This document shows, one piece after another, positions 38,215 to 49,559 of a stretch of 64,000 nt of DNA (positions are counted from its first letter, which is position 1; every line of letters starts with the position of its first letter). Location of the stretch: positions 6,172 to 70,171 of the forward strand of contig JAWLEW010000006.1 in NCBI GenBank assembly GCA_041685925.1, written 5' to 3'. The translations under genes and the position numbers were made by a program. The notes beneath the pieces were generated by a model. That model made no database searches and was not told the DNA's origin. It was given only the letters and a program-made list of their open reading frames with translations. This DNA comes from Wenzhouxiangellaceae bacterium. Its GTDB lineage: Bacteria > Pseudomonadota > Gammaproteobacteria > Xanthomonadales > Wenzhouxiangellaceae.

Positions 38215-40848
38215 TTACTGCTTGCCCGCCACCCAGTCGTAAACCGATTCCAGCGCCTGTCCCAGCTTCGCCGGCTCGCTGCCGCCAGCCTGGGCGAAAT
38301 CGGGCCGCCCGCCGCCTTTCCCGCCCACCTGGCCGGCCACGTGTTTGACCAGTTCGCCGGCCTTGAAACGGTCGGTGAGGTCGGCGGTAACGCCGGCAAC
38401 CAGCCGCACTCCCTGCCCGGCATCGGTGCCCAGCACCACGATGCCGGAACCCAGCTTGTTCTTGAGCTGATCGACGGTATCGCGCAGGCTGTCGGGGTCG
38501 ACGCCTTCCAGCTTTTCGGCCACCACATTGACGCCGTCGATTTCGCGCGCGTTGGCCCCGAGATCGGAGCCCCGCGCCGAGGCCAGCTTCTGCTTGAGGC
38601 GATCCAGTTCGCGTTCCAGTTCGCGCGAACGCTCCAGCAGCTGTTCGACGCGCGGCCCGACCTGGTCAGGCGAAGCCCTGAGGCTGGCCGCCAGGTCGCG
38701 CAGGGTCCTTTCGGTGTCCTGCATCCAGGCAACCGCCTGGCGGCCCGCTACCGCCTCGATGCGGCGCACGCCGGCCGAAATGCCCGTCTCGGAGACGACC
38801 TTGAACGCGCCGATGTCGCCGACCCGCTCCACGTGCGTACCGCCGCACAGCTCCGTGGAGTAATCGCCGAACTGCAGCACCCGCACCCGGTCGCCGTACT
38901 TGTCGCCGAAAAACGCGAGCGCACCGGCTTCCATCGCCCGGTCGTAATCCATTTCCTCGGCCGATGCGGCCGCGTTTTCCCGGATCTGCCGATTGACCCG
39001 GTTCTCGATCTGCTGCAGCTGTTCGGGCGTTACCGGCTCGAAATGCGAGAAGTCGAAGCGCAGCCGATCGGGCGCAACCAGCGAGCCTTTCTGCTGCACG
39101 TGCTCGCCCAGGATGTCGCGCAACGCCGCGTGCAGCAGATGCGTCGCGGAATGGTGGCGGACGACGTCGGCCCGGCGTTGCTCGTCGATCCGGGCGCGAA
39201 CCGTGTCTCCGACCTTGAGCACACCCGCCTCCAGCGTGCCGTCGTGAGCGTGGTAGACGCCGGCCAGCTTGCGCGTATCCTCGACGCGAAATCGCGTCGC
39301 GGCGTCTTCCAGCACCCCGGTATCGCCCACCTGCCCGCCGGATTCGGCGTAGAACGGCGTGCGGTCCAGGATGACCTGCCCCGCTTCGCCTGCCGCCAGA
39401 GATTCACGCTTGCCGCCGTCGACCAGGATGGCCACCACCCGTGCCGAATCGCATTCGCTTTGCGCGTAGCCGAGGAACTCGGTGGCCGGAAGGCCGGCCA
39501 CGACGTCGGCCGAAATTCCGTCGCGAGCCGAAAACTTGCCGGCGGCCCGCGCGCGCTCGCGCTGATCCTGCATCGCGCCCTCGAACGCATTTTCGTCGAC
39601 GCTGAGCCGCCGCTCGCGCGCGATGTCGCGCGTCAGGTCCAGCGGAAAGCCGAAGGTGTCGTAAAGCTTGAATGCCACGTCACCCGGAATCACCGAATCG
39701 TCCAGGTCGGCCAGAACGCCTTCCAGCAGCTTCATGCCCTGGTCCAGCGTCTCGCCGAACCGCCGCTCCTCGCGCGCCAGCACATCGACGATCTGGGTCT
39801 TCTTCTGCACCAGTTCCGGGTACGCCTCGCCCATGACTTCGGCCAGCGGCTCGACCATCGCCGCGAAAAACGGCTGCCTGCAGCCCAGCTTGTAGCCGTG
39901 ACGGATCGCGCGCCGGATGATGCGGCGCAGCACGTAGCCACGGCCGTCGTTGGCCGGCAGCACGCCGTCGGCAATCAGGAACGCGCAGGCGCGGATGTGG
40001 TCGGCAATGACCTTGAGCGAGGCCTGCTCCGGATCGTCAGTGCCGGTTTTTTCGGCCGCGGCCCGGATCAGGTGCGCGAACAGGTCGATCTCGTAGTTCG
40101 AGTGCACCCCCTGCAGCACCGCCGCCAGCCGCTCCAGGCCCATTCCGGTGTCCACGCACGGCCCGGGCAGCGGCGACATGGTGCCGTCGGCGGCCCGGTC
40201 GAACTGCATGAACACCAGGTTCCAGATCTCGATATAGCGGTCGCCGTCTTCCTCCGGCGTTCCCGGGGGCCCGCCGGGCACGTCCGGGCCATGGTCGTAG
40301 AAGATCTCGCTGCACGGCCCGCACGGACCGGTATCGCCCATGGCCCAGAAATTGTCGCTTTCGAAGCGCTTGCCGGGCTTGTCGCCGATGCGCGAGAGGC
40401 GAGCCGGATCCACGCCGATCTCGTCGAGCCAGATCGCGGCGGCCTCGTCGTCGTCCTCGTAGACCGTCACCCACAACCGCTCGGGCGCAAAACCGCAGTT
40501 TTCGGTCAGGAATTCCCAGGCAAATTCAATGGCTTCGCGCTTGAAGTAGTCACCGAAGCTGAAGTTGCCCAGCATCTCGAAGAAGGTGTGATGGCGCGCG
40601 GTGTAACCGACGTTTTCCAAATCGTTGTGCTTGCCGCCGGCGCGCACGCAGCGCTGCGACGAGGCCGCACGCGTGTAGTCGCGCTTCTCCGCGCCGAGAA
40701 AGACGTCCTTGAACTGGACCATTCCGGCGTTGGTGAACAAGAGCGTGGGGTCGTTGGCCGGCACCAGTGAACTCGAGCGCACGACCCGGTGGTCGCGCTC
40801 GGCAAAGAACTGGAGGAATTCACGACGTATTTGGGCAGTGGACTTCAT
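38215..40848 (-). CDS. alaS: Alanine--tRNA ligase
   Basis: Start at [21 protein letters not shown] and [18 protein letters not shown] motifs, HxxxH editing site, C-terminal [12 protein letters not shown]. 877 aa. Confidence 0.97.
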   Translation of the reverse strand: MKSTAQIRREFLQFFAERDHRVVRSSSLVPANDPTLLFTNAGMVQFKDVFLGAEKRDYTRAASSQRCVRAGGKHNDLENVGYTARHHTFFEMLGNFSFGDYFKREAIEFAWEFLTENCGFAPERLWVTVYEDDDEAAAIWLDEIGVDPARLSRIGDKPGKRFESDNFWAMGDTGPCGPCSEIFYDHGPDVPGGPPGTPEEDGDRYIEIWNLVFMQFDRAADGTMSPLPGPCVDTGMGLERLAAVLQGVHSNYEIDLFAHLIRAAAEKTGTDDPEQASLKVIADHIRACAFLIADGVLPANDGRGYVLRRIIRRAIRHGYKLGCRQPFFAAMVEPLAEVMGEAYPELVQKKTQIVDVLAREERRFGETLDQGMKLLEGVLADLDDSVIPGDVAFKLYDTFGFPLDLTRDIARERRLSVDENAFEGAMQDQRERARAAGKFSARDGISADVVAGLPATEFLGYAQSECDSARVVAILVDGGKRESLAAGEAGQVILDRTPFYAESGGQVGDTGVLEDAATRFRVEDTRKLAGVYHAHDGTLEAGVLKVGDTVRARIDEQRRADVVRHHSATHLLHAALRDILGEHVQQKGSLVAPDRLRFDFSHFEPVTPEQLQQIENRVNRQIRENAAASAEEMDYDRAMEAGALAFFGDKYGDRVRVLQFGDYSTELCGGTHVERVGDIGAFKVVSETGISAGVRRIEAVAGRQAVAWMQDTERTLRDLAASLRASPDQVGPRVEQLLERSRELERELDRLKQKLASARGSDLGANAREIDGVNVVAEKLEGVDPDSLRDTVDQLKNKLGSGIVVLGTDAGQGVRLVAGVTADLTDRFKAGELVKHVAGQVGGKGGGRPDFAQAGGSEPAKLGQALESVYDWVAGKQ

Positions 40849-41001
40849 GCGATCGCTTCGAGTGGACACAATCACGGAACTATAGCTGATCCGGGCCGAA
40901 TGCAAGGCCGCGCTGCAGTGTCCGGGCCCGGCAGCGACGGCAGGCACGGCAGCAATGCTAGTATTTTCGCATATCCGCCCTGCGACACGCCAAGCCTCCA
41001 A

Positions 41002-42129
41002 ATGAACCGAATCACCATTATCGGCGCCGGCTTCGGCGCACTCACCGCCGTGCGCACGCTGCGCCGAGTCAGACCCGATGTCGGCATCGACCTGATCGCG
41101 CCACGCCCGGTGTTCGTCTATTACCCGGGTACCATCTGGATACCCACCGCCAAGCGAGATCCGGCGCAATTCGAAATCCCGCTCGAACGATTCTTCGAGC
41201 GCATGCGCGTGCGCTATCACGCCGGTACGGCAACGGGCATCGAAAATGGCGGCCGGAAAGTCTTATCCGACGATTCGAGCGTCGAAAACGACGGCCTGAT
41301 CATCGCCAGCGGCGGCTCTTTCCTCGACAAGCTGCCCGGTCTGGAGCACTCGTTCCTGCCCTGTGGCGGCGTGGATGAGCTCGCCCGGCTTCGTGATCGG
41401 CTGGAACAACTCGACGGCGGCACACTGGCATTCGGATTTGCCGCCAACCCCGACGAGCCTTCGGCGATGCGCGGCGGACCGGTCTTTGAATTCATGTTCG
41501 GCATCGATACCTGGCTTCGACGCCGCAAGCGCCGCGACAGCTTCAAACTGGTGTTCTTCACCCCGGCGCAGGAACCCGGCAAGCGGCTCGGCGACAAGGC
41601 CGTGGACGTGCTCAGCCGGGAAATGGCCAAGCGCGATATCGAAATGCGCCTGGGTGAGAAGCCCCAACGCTTCGAAACCGATCGCGTGGTGACCGACAAG
41701 GGCGAATTTCCCGCTGATCTCATCCTGTTCATGCCCGGCATGACCGGCAATCCCTGGTTCGACCGGACCGAGCTGCCCCGCTCGCCGGGCGGCCTGATCC
41801 GGGCCGATGCGCAGTGCCGGGCCGAAGGCATGGAAAGCGTCTACGTCGTCGGCGACGCCGGTAGCTATTCGGGGCCGGAATGGTTGCCCAAGCAGGCGCA
41901 CACCGCCGACCTGCAGGCCGAAGCGGCCGCCCGGAACCTGTGTGACGAACTGGACGGTAAAGCACCGGCTCACCGCTACAAGGCCGAGCTGGTGTGCATC
42001 ATCGACACGCTCGACAAGGGGATGCTGATCACCCGCACCGAGAAAGCCAGTCGGGTACTGCCCGTCTTTTTCGGTTTTCACTGGGCCAAGCGAATCTTCG
42101 AATGGAATTACCTCAGGAAGTACCGCTAG
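41002..42129 (+). CDS. FAD-dependent pyridine nucleotide-disulfide oxidoreductase, SQR/NDH-2-like
   Basis: Start at [16 protein letters not shown] (GxGxxA/G). 375 aa. Second dinucleotide-binding region and VVGDAG motif. The assignment to sulfide:quinone oxidoreductase is only family-level. Confidence 0.65.
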   Translation: MNRITIIGAGFGALTAVRTLRRVRPDVGIDLIAPRPVFVYYPGTIWIPTAKRDPAQFEIPLERFFERMRVRYHAGTATGIENGGRKVLSDDSSVENDGLIIASGGSFLDKLPGLEHSFLPCGGVDELARLRDRLEQLDGGTLAFGFAANPDEPSAMRGGPVFEFMFGIDTWLRRRKRRDSFKLVFFTPAQEPGKRLGDKAVDVLSREMAKRDIEMRLGEKPQRFETDRVVTDKGEFPADLILFMPGMTGNPWFDRTELPRSPGGLIRADAQCRAEGMESVYVVGDAGSYSGPEWLPKQAHTADLQAEAAARNLCDELDGKAPAHRYKAELVCIIDTLDKGMLITRTEKASRVLPVFFGFHWAKRIFEWNYLRKYR

Positions 42130-42207
42130 TGGGCCACGCCGATCGTCCGGCGACACTCAGCCGCTCTCCGGCCGCATGTCGCGCCGGCCTGATGCATAAT
42201 CGTTCCC

Positions 42208-43107
42208 ATGCAAAAGCCCCTGAACATCGCTCTCGCGCTGCTGTTGCTGGTCGCTGCCGGTGCGACGAGGGGCGAGCCGATGTCGGCGCGCGAGGCATTC
42301 GAGCTGCCCCAGCCCGAACCCGACGCGGTGATTCGCTACGGCGAACTGGCGCGACAGTTCGGTGAATTGCGAATGCCCGAAGGCGAAGGCCCCTTCGGCG
42401 TGGCGGTCATCGTCCACGGCGGCTGCTGGGTCTCGGACTACGATCACGGCTACATGGCAGCGTTTGCCGAGGCCGTCACCGACCTCGGGCTGGCCACCTG
42501 GACGATCGGATACCGACGCGTCGGAGAGCCCGGCGGTGGCTGGCCCAACACCTTTCTGGATGCCGGCGCGGCGGTCGATTTCCTGCCCGAACTCGCGTCC
42601 TCTTATCCGCTGGACGTCGAGCGCGTGCTGGCCATCGGCCACTCGGCCGGCGGCCAGCTGGCACTGTGGCTTGCCGGGCGCGCCCGACTTCCCGAGTCCA
42701 GCCCGCTTTTCACCCATGATCCACAGCCGATCGCAGGCGTACTTGCGCTGGCCGCTGCCGCCGATCTGGAATACCTGTCCGAGCAGCAGACCTGCGGCAA
42801 CGCGGCAACGCGCCTGATGCAAGGCACCCCGAGCGAACGGCCGCGACGCTATGTCGAAGGCTCGCCGGTCCACCTGCCGCCCCTGCATGTACCGCAGGCC
42901 CTGGTCAACGGCGAACTCGACGAAACCTGGAGCGCTCCGGCAGAGCGCTATTTCGAGGCGGCCCTGGCCGCCGGGGCCCCGATCGAGCGACAAGTGATGC
43001 CCGACGCCGGCCACTTCGAACTTGTGGCGCCGGAATCGCCGAACTGGCAGATCGTGCGCACCACGCTGCTCGAACTGTTCGATCGAATCAGCCCAGCCAG
43101 CCCTTAG
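42208..43107 (+). CDS. Exported alpha/beta hydrolase (esterase/lipase-like)
   Basis: Signal peptide. HGGCW oxyanion-type motif and nucleophile elbow GHSAGG. Its 3' end overlaps the convergent gene by 20 nt. Confidence 0.75.
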   Translation: MQKPLNIALALLLLVAAGATRGEPMSAREAFELPQPEPDAVIRYGELARQFGELRMPEGEGPFGVAVIVHGGCWVSDYDHGYMAAFAEAVTDLGLATWTIGYRRVGEPGGGWPNTFLDAGAAVDFLPELASSYPLDVERVLAIGHSAGGQLALWLAGRARLPESSPLFTHDPQPIAGVLALAAAADLEYLSEQQTCGNAATRLMQGTPSERPRRYVEGSPVHLPPLHVPQALVNGELDETWSAPAERYFEAALAAGAPIERQVMPDAGHFELVAPESPNWQIVRTTLLELFDRISPASP

Positions 43108-44389
43108 CGCGATCGCGCAGCTGCTTCCCCCAATAGATCGACTGCACTGCCGCACGGCCCAGCGGACCGCCGGCCCAGCTCGCGCCGTAGCGCTGGAATT
43201 CGCGCACGCGCCGCTCATCGCCGCTCATTGCCTCGGCCAGCACCTCGCCGGCCAGCGTGGTGGTGGCCATGCCGTGGCCCCCGAAGGCCAGTGCGGACCA
43301 CAACCCGGGCTCCATCTCGCCCAGTATCGGCATCTGGTGGCGCGCATAGCTCATCCAGCCGCCCCAGGCGAAATCCACTTCGACGCCCCGCAGCGACGGA
43401 AACACGCGCAGCATGTCGCGATACAAGAGCCGCTTGATGGTTTCCGGATCGCGGTCGGCGGTCGATATCCGACCGCCCCAGAGCAGGCGTCCGTCGGGCA
43501 GCGGCCGGTAATAGTCGAACGCAAAGCGGGTATCGTAGACCGCGACCCCGCCGGGGATGAGCTCGGCCAGCCGATCTCCCAGCGGCTCGGTGACCATCAC
43601 GTAAGTTCCGATCGGCTGGATCGAGCGCTGCAGCCGACGGGCCAGCCGCCGGTCGTAGCCGCCGGTGGCCAGCACCACGCGCCCGGCCCGGACTTCGCCA
43701 TCCGAAGTCGTCAGCAGCCAGTCCCCTCCCGTCCGGTGCATTGCCGCGACCGGAGAATTGGCGGCCACGCGCGCACCCGCGCCGCGAACCTTCTGCGCAA
43801 TGGCACGGACATAGGCCAGCGGATTGAAATGGAAGGAACCGGGTTCCAGCAACCCGGCAGCGTAGCGCGACGAGCGAACATACCCGACCATTTCCCGTTC
43901 GGACACCCAGTCGAGTTCGAAATCCAGCAGCTCGCGCATGCGTTCGCGAAAACGCTGCAGGCGCTGCGGCTCTTCGAACCAGTCGGCCAGCAGCACGGCA
44001 CCATCTGAAACCGGAACGCCCATCTGCCCGCAGCGCTCGCGCACAAGCTGCACCGCCGCGCGCGTCCAGCCATGCATTCGTGCAGCCCGCGCCGGTCCCA
44101 GCTGCCCGGCGAGCTCCAGGTTGTCCAGCGAGAACCCGCCGAACACGAAACCGCCGTTGCGGCCCGACGCGCCCTCGCCCGGCTCGCCGCGATCGAGCAC
44201 CAGCACATCGGAATCGCCGCGCTCGGCCAGGCCCAGCGCAGTGCTCAGCCCGGCAAGGCCGGCGCCGACCACTACCGTGCCGACACGCCGCTCCGCGGCC
44301 AGCCCGTCGAATGGACCGGGATCGCCCAGTGCATGCCGGTACCAGGTCCCGGCATGAAATCGCGGCAGCTTCGTCACGGTCTTGTTCAT
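43088..44389 (-). CDS. FAD-dependent oxidoreductase (DAO family, gamma-glutamylputrescine/amine oxidase-like)
   Basis: N-terminal VVVGAGLAGLSTALGLAERG dinucleotide fold. 433 aa. Confidence 0.75.
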   Translation of the reverse strand: MNKTVTKLPRFHAGTWYRHALGDPGPFDGLAAERRVGTVVVGAGLAGLSTALGLAERGDSDVLVLDRGEPGEGASGRNGGFVFGGFSLDNLELAGQLGPARAARMHGWTRAAVQLVRERCGQMGVPVSDGAVLLADWFEEPQRLQRFRERMRELLDFELDWVSEREMVGYVRSSRYAAGLLEPGSFHFNPLAYVRAIAQKVRGAGARVAANSPVAAMHRTGGDWLLTTSDGEVRAGRVVLATGGYDRRLARRLQRSIQPIGTYVMVTEPLGDRLAELIPGGVAVYDTRFAFDYYRPLPDGRLLWGGRISTADRDPETIKRLLYRDMLRVFPSLRGVEVDFAWGGWMSYARHQMPILGEMEPGLWSALAFGGHGMATTTLAGEVLAEAMSGDERRVREFQRYGASWAGGPLGRAAVQSIYWGKQLRDRAKGWLG

Positions 44390-44462
44390 TCGGATTCCGG
44401 GTCAACTGGTAGAATTCAATAGTGGCTGACAAACAGCGACAAATCAATTTCGGAGGTAGCGC

Positions 44463-45263
44463 ATGGGTAAATCCAGCAAGTACGAGGCCAAGGTGCCGGA
44501 CGAAAACGGCATCATTCCCTATACCGACGAAGAACACGCCGTGTGGGCCGATCTCTACGAACGCCAGATGGAAATCATCCCCGGACGCGTGTGCGACGAG
44601 TTCCTGCAGGGTCTGGAGACGCTGAATCTCCCCGCCGACCGGATTCCGCAGCCGACCGACGTTTCGGAAAAACTGCGCGCGAAGACCGGCTGGGAAGTCG
44701 CGCCGGTCCCGGCGCTGATCAACTTCGACCGCTTTTTCAAGCTGCTGTCGGAAAGGAAGTTCCCGGCCGCGTCGTTCATCCGGTCCAGGGAAGAGATGGA
44801 CTACCTGCAGGAACCGGATATTTTTCACGAGATCTTCGGCCATACCGCGATGCTGACGCACCAGGCCTTCGCAGACTTCACCGAGGCTTACGGCAAGGCC
44901 GGCGTCAACGCTTCGAAGCAAGAGCGGGTGTTTCTCGCCCGGTTGTACTGGTTCACGGTCGAGTTCGGACTGCTGCGCGGCCCCGCCGGGCCGCGGATTT
45001 ATGGCGGCGGCATTGCCTCCTCGCCGGGTGAAACCCTCTTTGCGACCGAAAGCCCCGAACCGATCCGCCGGCCGTTCGATCCGATCGATGCGCTGCGCAC
45101 GCCGTATCGCATCGATATCTACCAGACCGTCTACTACGTTCTCGACAACATGAACGACCTGTTCGAGCTCGCCGAGCAGGACCTGCTGGGCCTGATCCGG
45201 AAGGCGCGCGCACTCGGCGAATTCGAACCCACTTTCCCGCCCAAAGAAAAGGAAGCCGCCTGA
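44463..45263 (+). CDS. phhA: Phenylalanine 4-monooxygenase
   Basis: 266 aa. Iron ligands in PDIFHEIFGHTAML. Typical bacterial PhhA N-terminus (YTDEEHAVWADLYERQ). Confidence 0.9.
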   Translation: MGKSSKYEAKVPDENGIIPYTDEEHAVWADLYERQMEIIPGRVCDEFLQGLETLNLPADRIPQPTDVSEKLRAKTGWEVAPVPALINFDRFFKLLSERKFPAASFIRSREEMDYLQEPDIFHEIFGHTAMLTHQAFADFTEAYGKAGVNASKQERVFLARLYWFTVEFGLLRGPAGPRIYGGGIASSPGETLFATESPEPIRRPFDPIDALRTPYRIDIYQTVYYVLDNMNDLFELAEQDLLGLIRKARALGEFEPTFPPKEKEAA

Positions 45264-45264
45264 T

Positions 45265-45603
45265 ATGAGCGACGATCTTCAAAACCAGAAATGTGCGCCC
45301 TGCGAGGGCGGAACGAAACCGCTCGAGCGAGACCGCATCAACAACCTGCTGGAACAGGTTCCAGGCTGGGAAGTCAGCGATGACGGCAAGCGGATTTTCC
45401 GGCGCTTCGAATTCAAGGGCTTCTACAAGACCATGGCATTCATCAACGCCATGGCCTGGGTGGCCAACCAGGAAGGCCACCACCCGGATTTCGAAGGTGG
45501 CTACAACTTCTGCCTGGTCAACTTCAGCACGCACGCCATTGACGGGCTGAGCGACAACGACTTCATCTGCGCGGCCAAGCTGAACGCGTTGCTGGATGAA
45601 TGA
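45265..45603 (+). CDS. phhB: Pterin-4-alpha-carbinolamine dehydratase
   Basis: 112 aa. CxxC..W..F.F..F..A..F.N.VA..AE..HHPD pattern (EGHHPDFEGGYN). Starts 1 nt after the phhA stop. Confidence 0.9.
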   Translation: MSDDLQNQKCAPCEGGTKPLERDRINNLLEQVPGWEVSDDGKRIFRRFEFKGFYKTMAFINAMAWVANQEGHHPDFEGGYNFCLVNFSTHAIDGLSDNDFICAAKLNALLDE

Positions 45604-46549
45604 TTCCGCCGACCGGGCCGGTGACCTCCGGTCCGGTCCGGTACAGCGCCTGGAGCAGGCGATAACAGCGGTCAACAAGGTCATCCTGGGCAAGTCGCGC
45701 CAGATCGAACTGGCCTTCTCGGCCCTGCTGGCCGGCGGCCACCTGCTGATCGAGGACCTGCCCGGCGTCGGCAAGACGACCCTGGCCCATGCCATCGCGA
45801 TCGTGACCGGCGGCCAGTGGCAGCGCATCCAGTTCACCAACGACCTGCTGCCGGCCGACATCCTGGGCGTATCGGTGTGGCGGCGCGAGGCCGAATCTTT
45901 CGAATTCCGGCCGGGCCCGATATTCGCCAACGTGGTGCTGGCCGATGAAGTCAACCGCGCCACGCCGCGCACCCAGAGCGCGCTGCTGGAAGCCATGGCC
46001 GAGCAACAGGTCAGCATGGACGCCCACACCCACCTCCTGCCGCGACCTTTCTTCGTGATCGCCACGCAGAACCCGCTGGACCTGGTCGGCACCTATCCGC
46101 TGCCTGACTCGCAGCTCGACCGCTTTCTGCTGCGCATCAGCCTGGGTTACCCGGCGCGCGAACAGGAACGCGCGCTGCTGGTCGAGCCCGATCGCAGAAC
46201 GCTGCTGGCCGGCCTCCAGCCCGTGCTGTCGCCGGCCGATGTTCTCGAACTGAGCACCGCGGCCGGCTCGCTGCACGTTTCGGATCCGGTGCTGGACTAC
46301 ATCCAGACGCTGGTGGAGGCGACCCGCACGCACGCCGCCCTGCGCGCCGGCCTCTCGCCGCGTGCGGCGCTGGCAATGCTCGCAACGGCCCGGGCCCGGG
46401 CCCTGCTCGAGGCGCGGGATTACGTACTGCCCGACGACGTCAAGCAGATCTTCGCCCCGCTGGCCGGCCACCGGCTGCAGTGCAACCCCAACAGTGGAGA
46501 ACCCGAACATGTCGTCGAGCAGATCCTCGACGAAACGCGCGTTCCCTGA
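45596..46549 (+). CDS. MoxR-family AAA+ ATPase
   Basis: Walker A LPGVGKTT, Walker B VLADEVNRA, sensor region QNPLDLVGTYPLPDSQLDRF. Its start overlaps the phhB stop by 8 nt. Confidence 0.9.
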   Translation: MNDSADRAGDLRSGPVQRLEQAITAVNKVILGKSRQIELAFSALLAGGHLLIEDLPGVGKTTLAHAIAIVTGGQWQRIQFTNDLLPADILGVSVWRREAESFEFRPGPIFANVVLADEVNRATPRTQSALLEAMAEQQVSMDAHTHLLPRPFFVIATQNPLDLVGTYPLPDSQLDRFLLRISLGYPAREQERALLVEPDRRTLLAGLQPVLSPADVLELSTAAGSLHVSDPVLDYIQTLVEATRTHAALRAGLSPRAALAMLATARARALLEARDYVLPDDVKQIFAPLAGHRLQCNPNSGEPEHVVEQILDETRVP

Positions 46550-47510
46550 GGCCGGACTGGCACCACTGATCGACGCGCTGCAGCGCCGGCTCGACGGCTG
46601 GATCCGGCGCCGCGGCCCGGTCCATCCGCCGTTTACGCTGGGCTATCGGCAGATCTACATCCTGCCCACACGGTTCGGCTGGCTGGTCGGGCTGCTGCTT
46701 TTCGCGATGCTGCTGGGCAGCCTGAACTTCAACAACAACCTGGGCCTTTTCACCACCTTCCTGGTTTCAGGCATCGGCCTGTTATCGATGCACATCGCCC
46801 ACCGCAACCTGGACGGCGTCCGGATCGCGGCCGTCAGCCCGGGACAGGCGTTCGCCGGCGAACTGCTACCGCTGGCCATTACCCTCCAGGACACCCGCGG
46901 ACGCGGCCGCAGCGGACTCGTCGCGAAAATCAGGGGCGGCGATACGGCCAGCGGCAGCGACCTGCCGTCCTCGGCCAGCGCGGATTTGAAGGTTTCCATC
47001 GCGACCGAGCAACGAGGCTGGCGCGAACTGCCCCGGATCCGCCTGCGCACCCGCCATCCGATCGGCTGGTTCGAGGCCTGGAGCTGGTTCTGGCCTGCGC
47101 AACGGGTGCTGGTATGGCCGCGCCCGGCCGAACACGCGCCGCCGCTGATCACCCGCGGAAACAGCGATGACCACAGCCAGGCCGGCGACGAAAGCGATGA
47201 ATTTCACGGACTGCGCGACTGGCGCGAGGGCGATCCGCTGCATCGCATTGCATGGAAAGCCAGCCAGCGCCACCAGCACCTGCTGGCGCGCCAGTTCACC
47301 CGTCCCGAGCGCGAGCGCATCGTTCTCCGATTGACCGATGCGCCGGGACGCACGCTCGAGGAGCGAATTTCGATCATGACGCGCTGGGTGCTGGAAGCCG
47401 ACCGCCGCGACCTGGACTACGGCCTCGAGCTGGGCTCGACAAACGTGCCGTCGGGCCGGGGCGAAGCCCACCGGGTGTCGTGTCTCGATGCGCTGGCCGC
47501 GTACGGATGA
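46509..47510 (+). CDS. DUF58 domain protein (MoxR partner)
   Basis: Two N-terminal TM helices, then the DEFHGLRDWREGDPLHRIAWKAS motif typical of DUF58. Start at 46509 (overlapping moxR by 41 nt) is uncertain. Confidence 0.75.
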   Translation: MSSSRSSTKRAFPEAGLAPLIDALQRRLDGWIRRRGPVHPPFTLGYRQIYILPTRFGWLVGLLLFAMLLGSLNFNNNLGLFTTFLVSGIGLLSMHIAHRNLDGVRIAAVSPGQAFAGELLPLAITLQDTRGRGRSGLVAKIRGGDTASGSDLPSSASADLKVSIATEQRGWRELPRIRLRTRHPIGWFEAWSWFWPAQRVLVWPRPAEHAPPLITRGNSDDHSQAGDESDEFHGLRDWREGDPLHRIAWKASQRHQHLLARQFTRPERERIVLRLTDAPGRTLEERISIMTRWVLEADRRDLDYGLELGSTNVPSGRGEAHRVSCLDALAAYG

Positions 47511-49513
47511 ACCAGACGCTTTCCTCGCCGACCGTGTTGCTGGTCGTGGCCGCTTTCCTGGTCGCGGCCCTGCCCCATTTGACCGCCATGCCGGGATGGC
47601 TCGCACTGGCGATTGTCGGCGCTGCCGTCTGGCGCGCGCTGATTGCGCTGCTGGATCTCCGTCGCCCGGGATGGCTGGTGCGCAGCGCGCTGACCTTCGG
47701 CGGGCTGGCGCTGGTGATCCTGCATTACGGCACCTTCTGGGGCCGACGGGCTGCCACCGTGCTGCTGTGCGTCATGGTTGCGGCGAAGCTTTCGGAAATG
47801 TTTCGCCTGCGCGACGCGCGCGTGGTGGCCACGCTCGGCTATTTTCTCATCGCCACCCAGTTCCTGTTCAGCCAGCAGCTGCTGCTGTTCGGCTACCTGC
47901 TGGTCGGCTGCGCACTGGTCACCGCCGCCCTGGTGCGCATCCAGCGCGACGCCGACGAGATTTCTCCGCCAGCCGATGACGGCGCACCGGATGGCATCCG
48001 CGTTGCCCGGCTCGCGCGCGACGGCACGATACTGATGCTGATGGCCATTCCATTCGCGCTGGTGATGTTCACGCTGTTTCCGCGGCTGGGCTCGCCGCTG
48101 TGGGGAATGCCCGAAAATGCGCTGGACGGACGTACCGGCCTTTCCGACGAGATGTCGCCCGGCACGATCGCCAACCTGTTTGCCGACGACTCGCCGGCAT
48201 TCCGGGCGGAGTTCGATGGGCTGGTGCCGCCGCGCGACCAACTCTACTGGCGCGGCCCGGTGCTGTGGCGATTCGACGGCCGCACCTGGAGTCGCCTGTT
48301 TTATTCCAACCGTGCGCCGGAACGAACGCCGCGCCCGAACGATGGCGCCTTCGCCTATTCGGTACAGCTGGAACCCAGCGAACGCCGCTGGCTGTTCGCG
48401 CTGGACTACCCGGTAGGCGCACCCGCAGACGCCCGGCTGAGCGCCGATTTCGAACTGATCCGAAAAAGGCCCGTGACCACGCTGATGTCCTACGACGTCA
48501 TCAGCCAGCCCGATTTCCGGGACGCGCCGGAACTCCAGCAGACGCTTCGCCGCATCGCGCTCCACCTGCCGGACGGCAGCAATCCGCGCACCCGACAGCG
48601 GGCGGAGGAGCTGCGTCGGCGCTACCCCGACGACGAGGCGCTGATCGACGCGGTACTGGCATGGTTCAACCAGGAAGAATTCTTCTACAGCCTGGAAACC
48701 GTCCCGCTCGGCCGCCACGGCGCAGACGAATTCCTGTTCGACCTGCGGGTGGGCTACTGCGAGTACTACGCCTCGGCCTTCGTGGTGCTGATGCGCGCGG
48801 CCGGCATTCCGGCACGCATCGTCACCGGCTACCAGGGCGGCCTGTGGCAGCCGTCGGACGGCTATCTGCTGGTGCGCCAGTCGGATGCGCATGCCTGGGC
48901 CGAAGTCTGGCTGGAGGGGCGTGGGTGGACCCGGGTCGACCCGACCGCCGCAGTATCGCCCACGCGCATCGACCAGGGCGCGCGCAGTGCGCTGTCGGAT
49001 GGCGCAGGGTGGTTCGGCGCCGAATGGTTGTACCAGCTGCGCAACCAATACGACCGATTGCAGAACCTGTGGAACAAGTCGATCCTGGGCTTCGACGCAC
49101 AGCGGCAACGCGATTTTCTGGCCCGCATCGGCCTCGACGATCTTCCCACCGGGGCACGCGCGGCCGTGCTCGTCGCGCTGGCCGCAATTGTGCTGGTCCC
49201 GCTGGTGTTCCTGGCGCAAGGCCTGGCGCGGCTGGTTCGAAAGACCGACCGGCTGGACCGGGGCTGGCAGCGCCTGCGCCGCCGGCTGCAGCGCGCCGGC
49301 GTGCAGCCAAGGTCCGGCGAAACGCCGCTGGAGCTGGCGGCACGCTCGACCGATCGCCTGACCAACGCTGACGAATTGATCACGCTGACGGAGAAATACT
49401 GCAGACTCAAGTACGGACCCGCAACGGCGATCGAGGAATTTGACAGATTCGAGGCCGAGAGCGCCGCCTGGCGGCCATCCCGGCTGAACCAGAGCCCGTT
49501 GAAACAGTCCTAA
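47507..49513 (+). CDS. Transglutaminase-domain membrane protein (TgpA-like, DUF3488 + transglutaminase core)
   Basis: ATGA overlap with the DUF58 gene. About 6 N-terminal TM helices. Catalytic core GYCEYYASAF (Cys), DAHAWAEVW (His), RVDPT (Asp). Confidence 0.85.
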   Translation: MNQTLSSPTVLLVVAAFLVAALPHLTAMPGWLALAIVGAAVWRALIALLDLRRPGWLVRSALTFGGLALVILHYGTFWGRRAATVLLCVMVAAKLSEMFRLRDARVVATLGYFLIATQFLFSQQLLLFGYLLVGCALVTAALVRIQRDADEISPPADDGAPDGIRVARLARDGTILMLMAIPFALVMFTLFPRLGSPLWGMPENALDGRTGLSDEMSPGTIANLFADDSPAFRAEFDGLVPPRDQLYWRGPVLWRFDGRTWSRLFYSNRAPERTPRPNDGAFAYSVQLEPSERRWLFALDYPVGAPADARLSADFELIRKRPVTTLMSYDVISQPDFRDAPELQQTLRRIALHLPDGSNPRTRQRAEELRRRYPDDEALIDAVLAWFNQEEFFYSLETVPLGRHGADEFLFDLRVGYCEYYASAFVVLMRAAGIPARIVTGYQGGLWQPSDGYLLVRQSDAHAWAEVWLEGRGWTRVDPTAAVSPTRIDQGARSALSDGAGWFGAEWLYQLRNQYDRLQNLWNKSILGFDAQRQRDFLARIGLDDLPTGARAAVLVALAAIVLVPLVFLAQGLARLVRKTDRLDRGWQRLRRRLQRAGVQPRSGETPLELAARSTDRLTNADELITLTEKYCRLKYGPATAIEEFDRFEAESAAWRPSRLNQSPLKQS

Positions 49514-49559
49514 TACGCAAGGGCTGCAGGGTCCGGACCGCCATCAGGAGGCTTACCTC

